This document shows positions 31,442-44,900 of a DNA stretch of 64,000 bases, piece after piece; within the stretch, counting starts at the first letter, position 1, and the number at the start of each line of letters is the position of its first letter. A program made the translations under genes and the position numbers. This DNA comes from Escherichia coli. Lineage in GTDB: Bacteria; Pseudomonadota; Gammaproteobacteria; Enterobacterales; Enterobacteriaceae. Below the pieces are notes generated by a model. The model searched no databases. It worked only from the letters and a program-made list of their open reading frames with translations, and was not told where the DNA came from. The stretch lies in NCBI RefSeq assembly GCF_017348835.2, contig NZ_CP071375.1; one strand, 5' to 3'.

Positions 31442-31831
31442 TTAGTAGTTCCAGCGATAACGCTGCAAGTCGATTTGCCCGCTTCCCGATACCATCACAC
31501 CTTCTGCCAGTAATGCCTGTCGCTGACGCTGTAAATCCGGTCCGGTTAGCGAAATTGTGCCGTGGCGATTAACCACCCGGTGCCAGGGTAAGGTGCTGCC
31601 TTCAGGGAGACGCTTTAACACACCGCCCACCTGGCGCGCGGCGCGGGGCGATCCCGCCAGTTTCGCCACATCACCGTAAGTGGTTACATAGCCTTCGGGA
31701 ATAGCGGCGACGATTTGCCAGACGCGTTGGGGAAATGAATCTTCTTTTTCCATCTTTTCTTCCTGAGGTAATTTTTCAGCATAATCTGGAAAAACGCCCG
31801 AGTGAAGTCGCATTGCGCAAGAAACCAGCAT
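31442..31831 (-). CDS. atl: Alkyltransferase-like DNA-damage recognition protein Atl (YbaZ), 129 aa
   Basis: ORF-track 31442..31852 minus; C-terminal sequence recognised; start chosen at second in-frame start to give 129 aa; alternatives at 31852 (TTG) and 31813 (ATG). Confidence 0.8.
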   Translation of the reverse strand: MLVSCAMRLHSGVFPDYAEKLPQEEKMEKEDSFPQRVWQIVAAIPEGYVTTYGDVAKLAGSPRAARQVGGVLKRLPEGSTLPWHRVVNRHGTISLTGPDLQRQRQALLAEGVMVSGSGQIDLQRYRWNY

Positions 31832-31907
31832 CTGGCACGCAATGGGTTGCAATTAGCCGGGGCAGCAGTGATAATGCGCCTGCGCGTTGGTTCTCAACGC
31901 TCTCAAT

Positions 31908-32021
31908 GGGGGCTCTGTTGGTTCTCCCGCAACGCTACTCTGTTTACCAGGTCAGGTCCGGAAGGAAGCAGCCAAGGCAGATGACGCGTGTGCCGGGATG
32001 TAGCTGGCAGGGCCCCCACCC
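31908..32021 (+). ncRNA. ffs: 4.5S RNA (signal recognition particle RNA), 114 nt
   Basis: Exact match to remembered 4.5S RNA sequence GGGGGCUCUGUUGGUUCUCCCGCAACGC...GGCAGGGCCCCCACCC; conserved SRP domain IV motif GGAAGGAAGCAGCC present; coordinates frame-checked against overlapping ORF-track translation. Confidence 0.95.
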
Positions 32022-32131
32022 ATTTCTGCCTCCCACCGTTTCGTCAAAAAATCCCAACATGGCTAAACTTTAACCACAACTGACGTCGCAAGAATTGTCT
32101 GGCTGCGCAGTACGCTTCGGAGGTATGTCTG

Positions 32132-32485
32132 ATGAAGTATGTTGATGGTTTTGTGGTTGCCGTTCCTGCCGATAAAAAGGATGCCTATCGGGAAATGGCC
32201 GCTAAGGCCGCGCCATTGTTTAAAGAGTTTGGCGCGCTTCGTATTGTCGAATGCTGGGCCAGCGATGTACCGGATGGCAAAGTGACCGATTTTCGTATGG
32301 CGGTGAAAGCGGAAGAGAATGAAGAGGTTGTCTTTAGCTGGATTGAATACCCTTCAAAAGAGGTCCGCGACGCTGCTAATCAAAAGATGATGTCGGATCC
32401 ACGGATGAAAGAGTTCGGCGAGTCCATGCCGTTTGATGGTAAGCGAATGATCTATGGCGGATTCGAGTCAATCATCGACGAATAG
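32132..32485 (+). CDS. ybaA: Uncharacterised protein YbaA (DUF1428), 117 aa
   Basis: ORF-track full length; MKYVDGFVVAVPADKKDAYREMAAKAAP. Confidence 0.9.
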   Translation: MKYVDGFVVAVPADKKDAYREMAAKAAPLFKEFGALRIVECWASDVPDGKVTDFRMAVKAEENEEVVFSWIEYPSKEVRDAANQKMMSDPRMKEFGESMPFDGKRMIYGGFESIIDE

Positions 32486-32526
32486 GTAGCGTGACGGGCT
32501 GTGCGGCGTGCCGTCAGCCCAAAAAT

Positions 32527-34077
32527 TCACAAATGTTGCTCGGCCCAGCGTAAGAAATCTTCTTTCGGTAATGCCTTGCTGTAGAGCCAGCCCTGACCGT
32601 AGTGCACGCCATGCTGGCGTAGCCACTCTTCTTGTTTACTGGTTTCGATTCCCTCCGCTACCATTTTCAGTTTCAGTGTTTTTGCCATTTCGATGATATG
32701 CGGCGTGACATTTTTATATTCCAGCGCATCAACGAAAGATTTATCGATCTTCAGAATGTCGACATCCAGATCCTGTAAATAACTTAAACTTGAATACCCC
32801 GTACCAAAATCATCAAGATAAATTTCATGGCCCGCCTCCCGGTAGCGAGAAATTATCGGGGCGCTGGTTTTCGGATCGGCAAACTCGCGTTCAGTGAGTT
32901 CAAGCGCGATCTGTCTGGGATTAACCTGATAGTGATTGATCATTTCACGCAGCAATTGCGGGATTTTTTCCGAGGTGAGCACGGTGGATTCAAGATTGAT
33001 CGAAATATGCTGCTGTGGATGCTGACGCAGCCAGTCGCCCATATCTTCAAAGACGCTTCTTATAATCAGTAGCGTCAATGGCTCAGAAAGGCCCGTTTGC
33101 TGTGCCAGCGGAATAAAACTATCTGGTGACAACCAACTACCGTCTGTCTGCGGCCAGCGCGCCAGTGCCTCAGCACCGACAATTTTGCCATTGGCTAAGG
33201 AGACAATCGGCTGATAGTGCACGCAAATATCACGATTTTCGATAGCATCCTGCAGCCGATGATGCGGTGACTGGATACGGCGCAAAATACGCAGCACAAA
33301 CATCGCTGCCAGCAGGCCAATCACCAACCCGAGCGGTAACCAAATAAAGACTTGCCGATGCCAGCCTTTCTGCAACATTTTCGTTGAAGCCCAGGTGATG
33401 ATCGAAATATTCATCTCCGGGAAGGGCAGGATATCGTAAATGATTCCATTATTTTCGATATGCTCACCGGGTGTTTTTTGTAGCCTGGTAATAATTCCCT
33501 GAGCAATTTCATCGCTGCTGGTTATGACAACGTTATGGGCATTGCCAATAATGGCGGCATCAATTTGCCATGAGCTATAGGGAATGACATCAATAAAGGA
33601 AGCGGGGTCGATCATGACGACATAATGTGCCGTTCCCATGGCGACCATGTAACGGATAATGCCTAAATCGTTATGCGATGTTAACCAGACACGATAACCA
33701 TCTTTCGAAATTTTACCTGGCTCGGGGAAGGTATCGGGCGGACTTTCATGCTCCAGAGACGAACACTGGGGAACGTTGTTATCGATATAAACCACTTCCT
33801 GAATATAGCGATAACTGTAAGATACCCGACGCATTTCCATGAGATGGGCTTCGCTACAGGCAGCGCCTTGCCATCTTTCCAGCTCTTGCAGCGCATCTTT
33901 CCCTTGTGTCGCCACCTTATTGGCCCGAATAGCGACGCGGGAGGAATAGGTATTCAGCTCTTCAATAAACGATGTTTCTACCTGCTGATGGGCCAGCCAG
34001 ATGCTTAAGCCGACAGGCAGCAATACTGAAATAATCAGTACTCCCGAAATAAGGCCGACCAGATGTCGTGTTCTCAC
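32527..34077 (-). CDS. pdeB: c-di-GMP phosphodiesterase PdeB (YlaB), CSS-motif sensor plus EAL domain, 516 aa (GTG start; upstream ATG at 34083 would give 518 aa)
   Basis: ORF-track 32527..34083 minus; EAL-domain motifs (QIALELTE, DDFGTGYSSL); N-terminal TM then periplasmic domain. Confidence 0.88.
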   Translation of the reverse strand: MRTRHLVGLISGVLIISVLLPVGLSIWLAHQQVETSFIEELNTYSSRVAIRANKVATQGKDALQELERWQGAACSEAHLMEMRRVSYSYRYIQEVVYIDNNVPQCSSLEHESPPDTFPEPGKISKDGYRVWLTSHNDLGIIRYMVAMGTAHYVVMIDPASFIDVIPYSSWQIDAAIIGNAHNVVITSSDEIAQGIITRLQKTPGEHIENNGIIYDILPFPEMNISIITWASTKMLQKGWHRQVFIWLPLGLVIGLLAAMFVLRILRRIQSPHHRLQDAIENRDICVHYQPIVSLANGKIVGAEALARWPQTDGSWLSPDSFIPLAQQTGLSEPLTLLIIRSVFEDMGDWLRQHPQQHISINLESTVLTSEKIPQLLREMINHYQVNPRQIALELTEREFADPKTSAPIISRYREAGHEIYLDDFGTGYSSLSYLQDLDVDILKIDKSFVDALEYKNVTPHIIEMAKTLKLKMVAEGIETSKQEEWLRQHGVHYGQGWLYSKALPKEDFLRWAEQHL

Positions 34078-34240
34078 CAGCATATCCTTATTAACACAGT
34101 GTAGGGAAAGTATATCTGATTGTGGAAAAAGGCTGGCAGGAGATAAGGAGGTAGAGCTGGTATTTCATGAAGTGATGGGTGGAAACGATCATTGTCATTT
34201 GACCAGGCGCAGAGCTTTACGCCTGGTATGTAACCCTAAC

Positions 34241-34711
34241 TTAAGATGTTGATTCGGCGCGAGCGAGGGTAAAAATATCGTAAAAAGACAGTTCACCTTT
34301 ACGGACGATCATTTTTTGCAGTTGTTCCTTATGAACATCCGCGACACGCGGAGAGTTCAAGATGGCTTCAACCAGCGCGGCAGGTACAAAGCGCGTGTTG
34401 TACCATTCGCCGTTATAGCAAACGCGGAAATCCAGCACGTCGATATCTTCATAGCGGTAGCGTGGGTAGACATCGAAAAAGAAGAAACCATTAAGCAGGA
34501 TAAATAATACAACCAGTAGCCAGACAGAGCCTGAAAGCGTTTCGGACTGCAACATCACCGCCAGGGTGGCAAAAAAAGCAACGTACATACCGATAAACAG
34601 CCCCGGATGTTTACGGATAAAACTGATACTAAAGCGGGGTTTGTTGTCGCGTTTTTCGCGGGTATTCAGAGACTCAATCGTTTCGGTCAGCAGGCGTTGT
34701 ATTTCGGTCAT
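34241..34711 (-). CDS. ylaC: Inner membrane protein YlaC, 156 aa
   Basis: ORF-track 34241..34750 minus; start at [15 protein letters not shown]; two predicted TM helices. Confidence 0.88.
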
Positions 34712-34826
34712 CGTTTGCCTTCGTGGTATCTGCAACTTTCCAGGGAACACCCTATTTTAACGTGGGAATAGTAGAGGGAAAGTAACAGATTTACCACAAT
34801 TTTGCATAACAGTTGCGAAAAACCGA

Positions 34827-35378
34827 TTACAATTTTTTAATCATTCTGGCTGGATTACCGCCCACGACAACGTTGTCCGGGACATCTTTTGTGACAACTG
34901 CACCTGAGGCTACCACGACGTTATCACCAATGGTCACACCAGGGTTAATGACCGCGCGTCCGCCAATCCAGACGTTATTACCGATGGTGACGGGTTTCCC
35001 CAGTTCAGCACCGCTATTACGTGCTACAGGGTCGATGGGATGTGTTGCCGTGTAGATATGAACGCCTGGTGCCAACATACAGTTATCACCGATGCGAATA
35101 GGGCAGACATCAAGCATCACGCAATCGAAGTTGGCGAAAAAATTATTACCGAGAAAAATGTTATAGCCATAGTCACAGCGAAACGTTGGCTCAATATAAG
35201 CCTCTGTCACCTGACCGAATAAATCAGCGAGAATTTGCTGGCGTAATGTGTGCTCTTCCGCCAGGGAATGATTGTATCGGTGAATAAGCTGACGAGCGTG
35301 CAGGCGATCGCGAGATAACGTCTCATCTGCCGAGCGATACAACTCACCAGCAATCATCTTTTCTTTTTCTGTGCTCAT
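34827..35378 (-). CDS. maa: Maltose O-acetyltransferase Maa (hexapeptide-repeat family), 183 aa
   Basis: ORF-track full length; left-handed beta-helix hexapeptide repeats ([14 protein letters not shown]..., [25 protein letters not shown]). Confidence 0.93.
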   Translation of the reverse strand: MSTEKEKMIAGELYRSADETLSRDRLHARQLIHRYNHSLAEEHTLRQQILADLFGQVTEAYIEPTFRCDYGYNIFLGNNFFANFDCVMLDVCPIRIGDNCMLAPGVHIYTATHPIDPVARNSGAELGKPVTIGNNVWIGGRAVINPGVTIGDNVVVASGAVVTKDVPDNVVVGGNPARMIKKL

Positions 35379-35455
35379 TACTGACCTCCGGTTGCTGAAA
35401 ATGCGGCAACACAGTAAGACGAAAAGTCAGTGAAGAGAACGTTCCCATTACATCT

Positions 35456-35472
35456 GTGTGATAAAGATCACA
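35456..35472. promoter_or_regulatory. CRP-like site TGTGA-N6-TCACA upstream of maa
   Basis: Both consensus CRP half-sites with canonical 6-bp spacer read in sequence about 85 bp upstream of maa start; function inferred. Confidence 0.45.
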
Positions 35473-35549
35473 TAGGGTATGTCTTCATGGCGAAAAAGTA
35501 TAAAATTCTTAATAAACAGCCGGTTATAGCTCCGAAAGCGAATTATTTA

Positions 35550-35768
35550 TTAGCGAATAAATTTCCATACTGAGGAAGGGATCTTGTCGTACAGTTTATT
35601 CATGGTCAATTCGGCGAGGCGGTGATCTGCGGCTGAGTAAAATACCGCCAGTTCATTATCTGATAATTCGTATTTATTTTTCTCGATAACACGCTCCAGC
35701 GTGTCAATTGTCTGGCAACGACGTAAACGCATTAAATAATCGGTTTTCGTTAAAGGTTTTTCGGACAT
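35550..35768 (-). CDS. hha: Hemolysin expression-modulating protein Hha, 72 aa
   Basis: C-terminal 72 codons of ORF-track 35550..36014; start at [20 protein letters not shown] to match known protein. Confidence 0.92.
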
Positions 35769-35793
35769 ACTTCTACCCATGGTTGTAATAATT

Positions 35794-36168
35794 CTAACAA
35801 GATAAACTCGCAGGATTCTCTTTCGTCGCATTGACAAAACAACGGAATAGTCGATTACCTGACTTCCGCCATTTCTGAAGATCCTGCATATTAATACCAT
35901 AACTACTGAACAACATAAAGGTGTCATCCAGATATTCGTCGATCTGCTCAATGAGCTTATTGTCTTCATTATACTTAATTTTGTAATTAAGTGCGAAGGT
36001 CGCAATATGCTCAATCAGTTCATTCAACTGGAGGTTGATCGCCGAGGTTGGGTCGTTAACCCAGCCATGATTGCTTTCTTCAAGGTTTGCAAGGCAGTCA
36101 TGATACAGAGTTTCACAGAGAAACTTAAGCTGTGCGATATCATGTCTTTTGGGTGAGTATTCATCCAT
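35794..36168 (-). CDS. tomB: Hha toxicity modulator TomB (YbaJ), 124 aa
   Basis: ORF-track full length; [31 protein letters not shown]. Confidence 0.92.
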
Positions 36169-36670
36169 AACGCGTCCCCTTCTTAGCGGTTGAACTAACG
36201 GACACCTTTCGGGATGGAAAAAACTTACTGACCTGGACTTGCCCTCTCGTTTGTTAGCTTAACTATAAGCCACTCTTTGCAGGTTTTCATCGCATTATTA
36301 CGAAAAATTACAATTAGGAAGGAAGCGGGACAGGGCTCACTTTTTCATACTAGCACCAACCCGCAGCAGGTAAAAGCAGTTTGCTCGAACTGTTCATAAC
36401 ATTTCAGGATTATCGCCAGATGAAATTGGTGACACTAATACCAGGATTGCTCTGAATATGACGTAATAACCGAGGAATGAATAAAGAATTACCGCAAATA
36501 ATTAAGAATAGCCTCTAAATGATTATGGATTATTAAATCTATTAGCGCTACTTAATATAAATTAACTAACAATCAGTATTTTTTATGAATTTTATCCGTG
36601 GTTAATACTGGTTTTCGTATGAGATCCTGAGTTGGTGGTTCAATTACTCCTTAATGTTCGTAGGTTATGC

Positions 36671-36696
36671 ATAAAAAAGGCCGCTTACGCGGCCTT
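36671..36696 (-). terminator. acrAB intrinsic terminator (AAGGCCGC-GTAA-GCGGCCTT followed by T-run on minus strand)
   Basis: Perfect 8-bp GC stem directly after acrB stop; plus-strand ATAAAAAA gives the minus-strand U-tract. Confidence 0.8.
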
Positions 36697-36713
36697 AGTG
36701 ATTACACGTTGTA

Positions 36714-39866
<3,153 letters not shown>

Positions 39867-39885
39867 TTAACGGCTCCTGTTTAAG

Positions 39886-41079
39886 TTAAGACTTGGACTG
39901 TTCAGGCTGAGCACCGCTTGCGGCTTGCTGGTTATTATCAGCGGTAACTTCTTGTGCTTTTACCTGGACACCAGGACGCACTTTCTGCAGCCCACTTATT
40001 ACTACGCGATCGCCTGCTTTCAGACCTTCTGTCACCAGCCACTTATCTCCAATAGCCTGGCTTGCAACGATCGGACGGGTTTCCACTTTGTCATCCGCGC
40101 CAACTACCAGTACGGTGGCATCGCCACGCGGCGTACGGGTTACGCCCTGTTGCGGGACTAAAATAGCGTTTGGATTAAGCCCTTCTTCCAGACGTGCGCG
40201 CACGAACATACCCGGCAGCAGAGTGTGATCCGGGTTCGGGAAGATAGCGCGTAGGGTGATAGACCCAGTGGTCTGATCAACGGTAACGTCAGAGAATTCC
40301 AGCGTACCGTCCTGCGGGAACTTAATGCCGTCACTGGTGATCAGCGACACTTTGGCTTTGCCGTTCTCTTGTTTCAGCGTGCCATTCGCCAGTTCCTGTT
40401 TCAGGCGCAGGAAGTCGTTGCTGGACTGGGTCACATCAACGTAGATCGGATCAAGTTGCTGCACGGTTGCCAGCGCAGTCGCCTGACCGTTCTGTACCAA
40501 TGCGCCTTCCGTCACGTTCGACTTACCAATGCGACCGCTAATCGGAGAGGTGACTTTGGTGTAAGCCAGATTGATCCGCGCAGTTTCAACAGCAGCTTTC
40601 GCCGCAGTTACCGCAGCATTCGCCTGTTGCGCATCAGCCAGAGCCTGATCGTACTCTTGCTTACTGATGTACTGAGTACCGAGCAGTTTCTGATAACGAT
40701 TCACCGTCAATTGCGCGATATTGGCTGCAGCCTGGGCTTTCGCCAGATCACCTTTCGCACTGTCGTATGTCGCCTGATAGGTCGCAGGATCAATCTGATA
40801 GAGAGAGACACCTGCTTCGATGTCGCTACCTTCTTTGAAATTACGCTTCAGGATAATCCCGCTAACTTGAGGACGAACTTCTGCGATCCGGTAGGCACTG
40901 GTGCGACCCGGAAGCTCGGTTGTGATCTGCAGAGGTTCAGTTTTGACTGTTACTACGCCAACGGCGGGCATCTGCTGGCCACCTTGTTGGGCCTGTTTGT
41001 CGTCACATCCTGTTAGGGCTAAGCTGCCTGAGAGCATCAGAACGACCGCCAGAGGCGTAAACCCTCTGTTTTTGTTCAT
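39886..41079 (-). CDS. acrA: RND efflux periplasmic adaptor (membrane fusion lipoprotein) AcrA, 397 aa
   Basis: ORF-track 39886..41115 minus; start at MNKNRGFTPLAVVLMLSGSLALTGC (lipobox). Confidence 0.95.
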   Translation of the reverse strand: MNKNRGFTPLAVVLMLSGSLALTGCDDKQAQQGGQQMPAVGVVTVKTEPLQITTELPGRTSAYRIAEVRPQVSGIILKRNFKEGSDIEAGVSLYQIDPATYQATYDSAKGDLAKAQAAANIAQLTVNRYQKLLGTQYISKQEYDQALADAQQANAAVTAAKAAVETARINLAYTKVTSPISGRIGKSNVTEGALVQNGQATALATVQQLDPIYVDVTQSSNDFLRLKQELANGTLKQENGKAKVSLITSDGIKFPQDGTLEFSDVTVDQTTGSITLRAIFPNPDHTLLPGMFVRARLEEGLNPNAILVPQQGVTRTPRGDATVLVVGADDKVETRPIVASQAIGDKWLVTEGLKAGDRVVISGLQKVRPGVQVKAQEVTADNNQQAASGAQPEQSKS

Positions 41080-41168
41080 ATGTAAACCTCGAGTGTCCGA
41101 TTTCAAATTGGTCAATGGTCAAAAGTTAATAAACCCATTGCTGCGTTTATATTATCGTCGTGCTATGG

Positions 41169-41192
41169 TACATACATTCACAAATGTATGTA
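41169..41192. promoter_or_regulatory. AcrR operator: 24-bp palindrome TACATACATT-CACA-AATGTATGTA in the acrR-acrA divergent promoter region
   Basis: 10-bp perfect inverted arms read in sequence 29 bp upstream of acrR ATG; matches the known AcrR operator. Confidence 0.85.
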
Positions 41193-41220
41193 AATCTAAC
41201 GCCTGTAAATTCACGAACAT

Positions 41221-41868
41221 ATGGCACGAAAAACCAAACAAGAAGCGCAAGAAACGCGCCAACACATCCTCGATGTGGCTCTACGTCTTTTCTCACAGCA
41301 GGGGGTATCATCCACCTCGCTGGGTGAGATTGCAAAAGCAGCTGGCGTTACGCGCGGTGCAATCTACTGGCATTTTAAAGACAAGTCGGATTTGTTCAGT
41401 GAGATCTGGGAACTGTCAGAATCCAATATTGGTGAACTAGAGCTTGAGTATCAGGCAAAATTCCCTGGCGATCCACTCTCAGTATTAAGAGAGATATTAA
41501 TTCATGTTCTTGAATCCACGGTGACAGAAGAACGGCGTCGATTATTGATGGAGATTATATTCCACAAATGCGAATTTGTCGGAGAAATGGCTGTTGTGCA
41601 ACAGGCACAACGTAATCTCTGTCTGGAAAGTTATGACCGTATAGAACAAACGTTAAAACATTGTATTGAAGCGAAAATGTTGCCTGCGGATTTAATGACG
41701 CGTCGGGCAGCAATTATTATGCGCGGCTATATTTCCGGCCTGATGGAAAACTGGCTCTTTGCCCCGCAATCTTTTGATCTTAAAAAAGAAGCCCGCGATT
41801 ACGTCGCCATCTTACTGGAGATGTATCTCCTGTGCCCCACGCTTCGTAACCCTGCCACTAACGAATAA
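41221..41868 (+). CDS. acrR: TetR-family repressor AcrR, 215 aa
   Basis: ORF-track full length; N-terminal TetR HTH ([37 protein letters not shown]). Confidence 0.96.
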
Positions 41869-41995
41869 CCCTGAATCTGACTCCAGGATTTTTCCTGGAC
41901 ATTTTCGTCGTTGCTATTCTGGTTCACTGCGTCGTGATATTCTTGCGGTTTGACTTTTTCAGGTCGTTCTTCAGGTTCAGAAACCTTCATTCATC

Positions 41996-44900
41996 ATGAC
42001 TATGTTCCAGTATTACAAACGATCACGGCATTTTGTTTTTTCAGCATTTATTGCTTTTGTTTTTGTCTTGTTATGCCAGAACACGGCGTTTGCGCGGGCG
42101 TCATCGAATGGTGATCTGCCGACAAAAGCGGACCTGCAGGCGCAACTTGACTCATTAAATAAACAAAAAGATCTTTCTGCTCAGGACAAACTGGTGCAGC
42201 AGGATCTGACAGATACATTAGCCACCCTCGATAAAATTGATCGCGTAAAAGAAGAGACCGTTCAGCTACGGCAAAAAGTCGCTGAAGCGCCGGAAAAAAT
42301 GCGCCAGGCGACGGCGGCGTTAACAGCACTTAGCGATGTCGATAACGACGAAGAAACGCGCAAAATTCTGAGCACGCTTTCGTTGCGCCAGCTGGAAACT
42401 CGCGTTGCCCAGGCGCTGGACGATTTGCAAAACGCACAAAACGATCTGGCGTCTTATAACAGCCAGCTGGTTTCGTTACAGACGCAGCCCGAACGCGTGC
42501 AAAATGCGATGTATAACGCTTCGCAGCAGCTGCAACAAATTCGCAGTCGTCTGGATGGGACTGATGTCGGCGAGACTGCCTTACGTCCCAGCCAGAAAGT
42601 GTTAATGCAGGCTCAGCAGGCGTTGCTGAATGCGGAGATTGACCAGCAGCGTAAAAGCCTGGAAGGGAATACCGTCTTGCAGGATACCTTGCAAAAGCAA
42701 CGTGATTACGTGACGGCGAACAGCGCCCGTCTGGAGCACCAGTTACAACTGTTGCAAGAAGCGGTAAACAGCAAGCGCCTGACTTTAACCGAAAAAACGG
42801 CGCAGGAAGCCGTCTCCCCGGATGAAGCCGCGCGTATTCAGGCTAATCCGCTGGTGAAGCAGGAACTGGAAATTAACCAGCAGTTAAGTCAGCGTCTGAT
42901 TACCGCGACTGAAAACGGTAATCAGTTGATGCAGCAAAACATTAAAGTCAAAAACTGGCTGGAGCGGGCGCTGCAATCGGAACGCAATATTAAAGAGCAG
43001 ATTGCCGTCCTGAAGGGCAGCCTGCTGTTGTCTCGTATCCTTTACCAGCAACAACAAACGCTGCCCTCGGCGGATGAACTGGAAAACATGACCAACCGCA
43101 TCGCGGATTTGCGTCTCGAACAGTTTGAAGTTAACCAGCAGCGTGATGCACTCTTCCAGAGCGATGCGTTCGTCAACAAACTGGAAGAAGGTCACACCAA
43201 CGAAGTCAACAGCGAAGTTCACGATGCGTTATTACAAGTGGTTGATATGCGTCGCGAATTGCTGGATCAACTCAACAAACAGTTGGGTAACCAGCTGATG
43301 ATGGCCATTAACCTGCAAATCAACCAGCAGCAGTTAATGAGTGTGTCGAAAAACCTGAAATCCATCCTGACTCAGCAAATCTTTTGGGTGAACAGTAACC
43401 GTCCAATGGACTGGGACTGGATCAAAGCGTTCCCGCAAAGCCTGAAAGATGAATTTAAGTCGATGAAAATTACGGTGAACTGGGAAAAAGCCTGGCCCGC
43501 CGTTTTTATCGCTTTCCTCGCTGGTTTGCCGCTGCTGTTGATTGCCGGGCTGATCCACTGGCGTCTGGGGTGGCTGAAAGCGTATCAACAAAAACTGGCT
43601 TCCGCTGTGGGTTCCCTGCGTAACGATAGCCAGCTCAACACACCAAAAGCGATCCTTATCGACCTGATCCGCGCGCTGCCGGTGTGCCTGATTATTCTCG
43701 CGGTTGGCCTGATTCTGTTGACCATGCAGCTCAACATTAGCGAACTGCTATGGTCGTTCAGCAAAAAACTGGCGATTTTCTGGCTGGTGTTTGGCCTGTG
43801 CTGGAAGGTACTGGAGAAAAACGGCGTTGCCGTGCGTCACTTCGGCATGCCGGAGCAGCAGACCAGCCACTGGCGTCGGCAAATTGTCCGCATCAGTCTC
43901 GCGTTGCTGCCTATCCATTTCTGGTCTGTGGTGGCAGAACTTTCCCCGCTGCATCTGATGGATGATGTGCTGGGGCAGGCGATGATTTTCTTCAACCTGC
44001 TGCTGATTGCCTTCCTGGTGTGGCCGATGTGCCGCGAAAGCTGGCGTGATAAAGAGTCGCACACCATGCGACTGGTCACCATTACCGTGCTGTCGATTAT
44101 CCCGATTGCGTTGATGGTGCTGACTGCCACGGGTTATTTCTACACCACGCTGCGCCTCTCCGGGCGTTGGATTGAAACCGTTTATTTGGTGATCATCTGG
44201 AACCTGCTGTACCAGACGGTATTGCGCGGCTTAAGCGTAGCGGCGCGGCGTATCGCCTGGCGTCGTGCGCTGGCGCGTCGGCAGAATCTGGTGAAAGAGG
44301 GCGCAGAAGGTGCCGAACCGCCGGAAGAACCCACCATTGCACTGGAACAGGTTAACCAGCAGACGCTGCGTATTACCATGTTGCTGATGTTTGCGCTGTT
44401 CGGTGTCATGTTCTGGGCAATTTGGTCCGATTTGATCACCGTGTTCAGCTATCTCGACAGCATCACGCTCTGGCATTACAACGGCACTGAAGCTGGCGCT
44501 GCGGTGGTGAAAAACGTCACCATGGGCAGTCTGTTGTTTGCGATTATCGCCTCAATGGTGGCCTGGGCGTTGATTCGCAACCTGCCTGGTTTGCTGGAAG
44601 TGCTGGTGCTCTCGCGACTGAATATGCGCCAGGGCGCGTCGTATGCCATTACTACCATCCTTAACTACATCATTATTGCTGTTGGTGCGATGACGGTGTT
44701 CGGATCGCTGGGCGTCTCTTGGGATAAACTCCAGTGGCTGGCAGCAGCATTATCCGTAGGTCTTGGTTTTGGTTTACAAGAAATTTTCGGTAACTTCGTC
44801 TCCGGTTTGATCATTCTATTCGAACGTCCGGTGCGTATTGGCGATACGGTAACCATTGGTAGCTTCTCGGGGACGGTAAGTAAGATCCGTATTCGTGCGA

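Noticed and set aside
31802-31984. 60-aa plus-strand ORF overlapping ffs
   Set aside because: Coincides with the 4.5S RNA gene; GTG start with no RBS; explained by the ncRNA
35550-36014. 154-aa version of hha from the ORF track (upstream extension)
   Set aside because: The extension runs through the tomB 3' end in another frame; the known 72-aa Hha begins at MSEKPL, so the long form was not used
36169-36713. Short ORFs (11-21 codons) in the tomB upstream region, e.g. MKTCKEWLIVKLTNERASPGQ on the minus strand
   Set aside because: No Shine-Dalgarno sequences at proper spacing and no recognisable motifs; retained only as a caveat in the finding about this region
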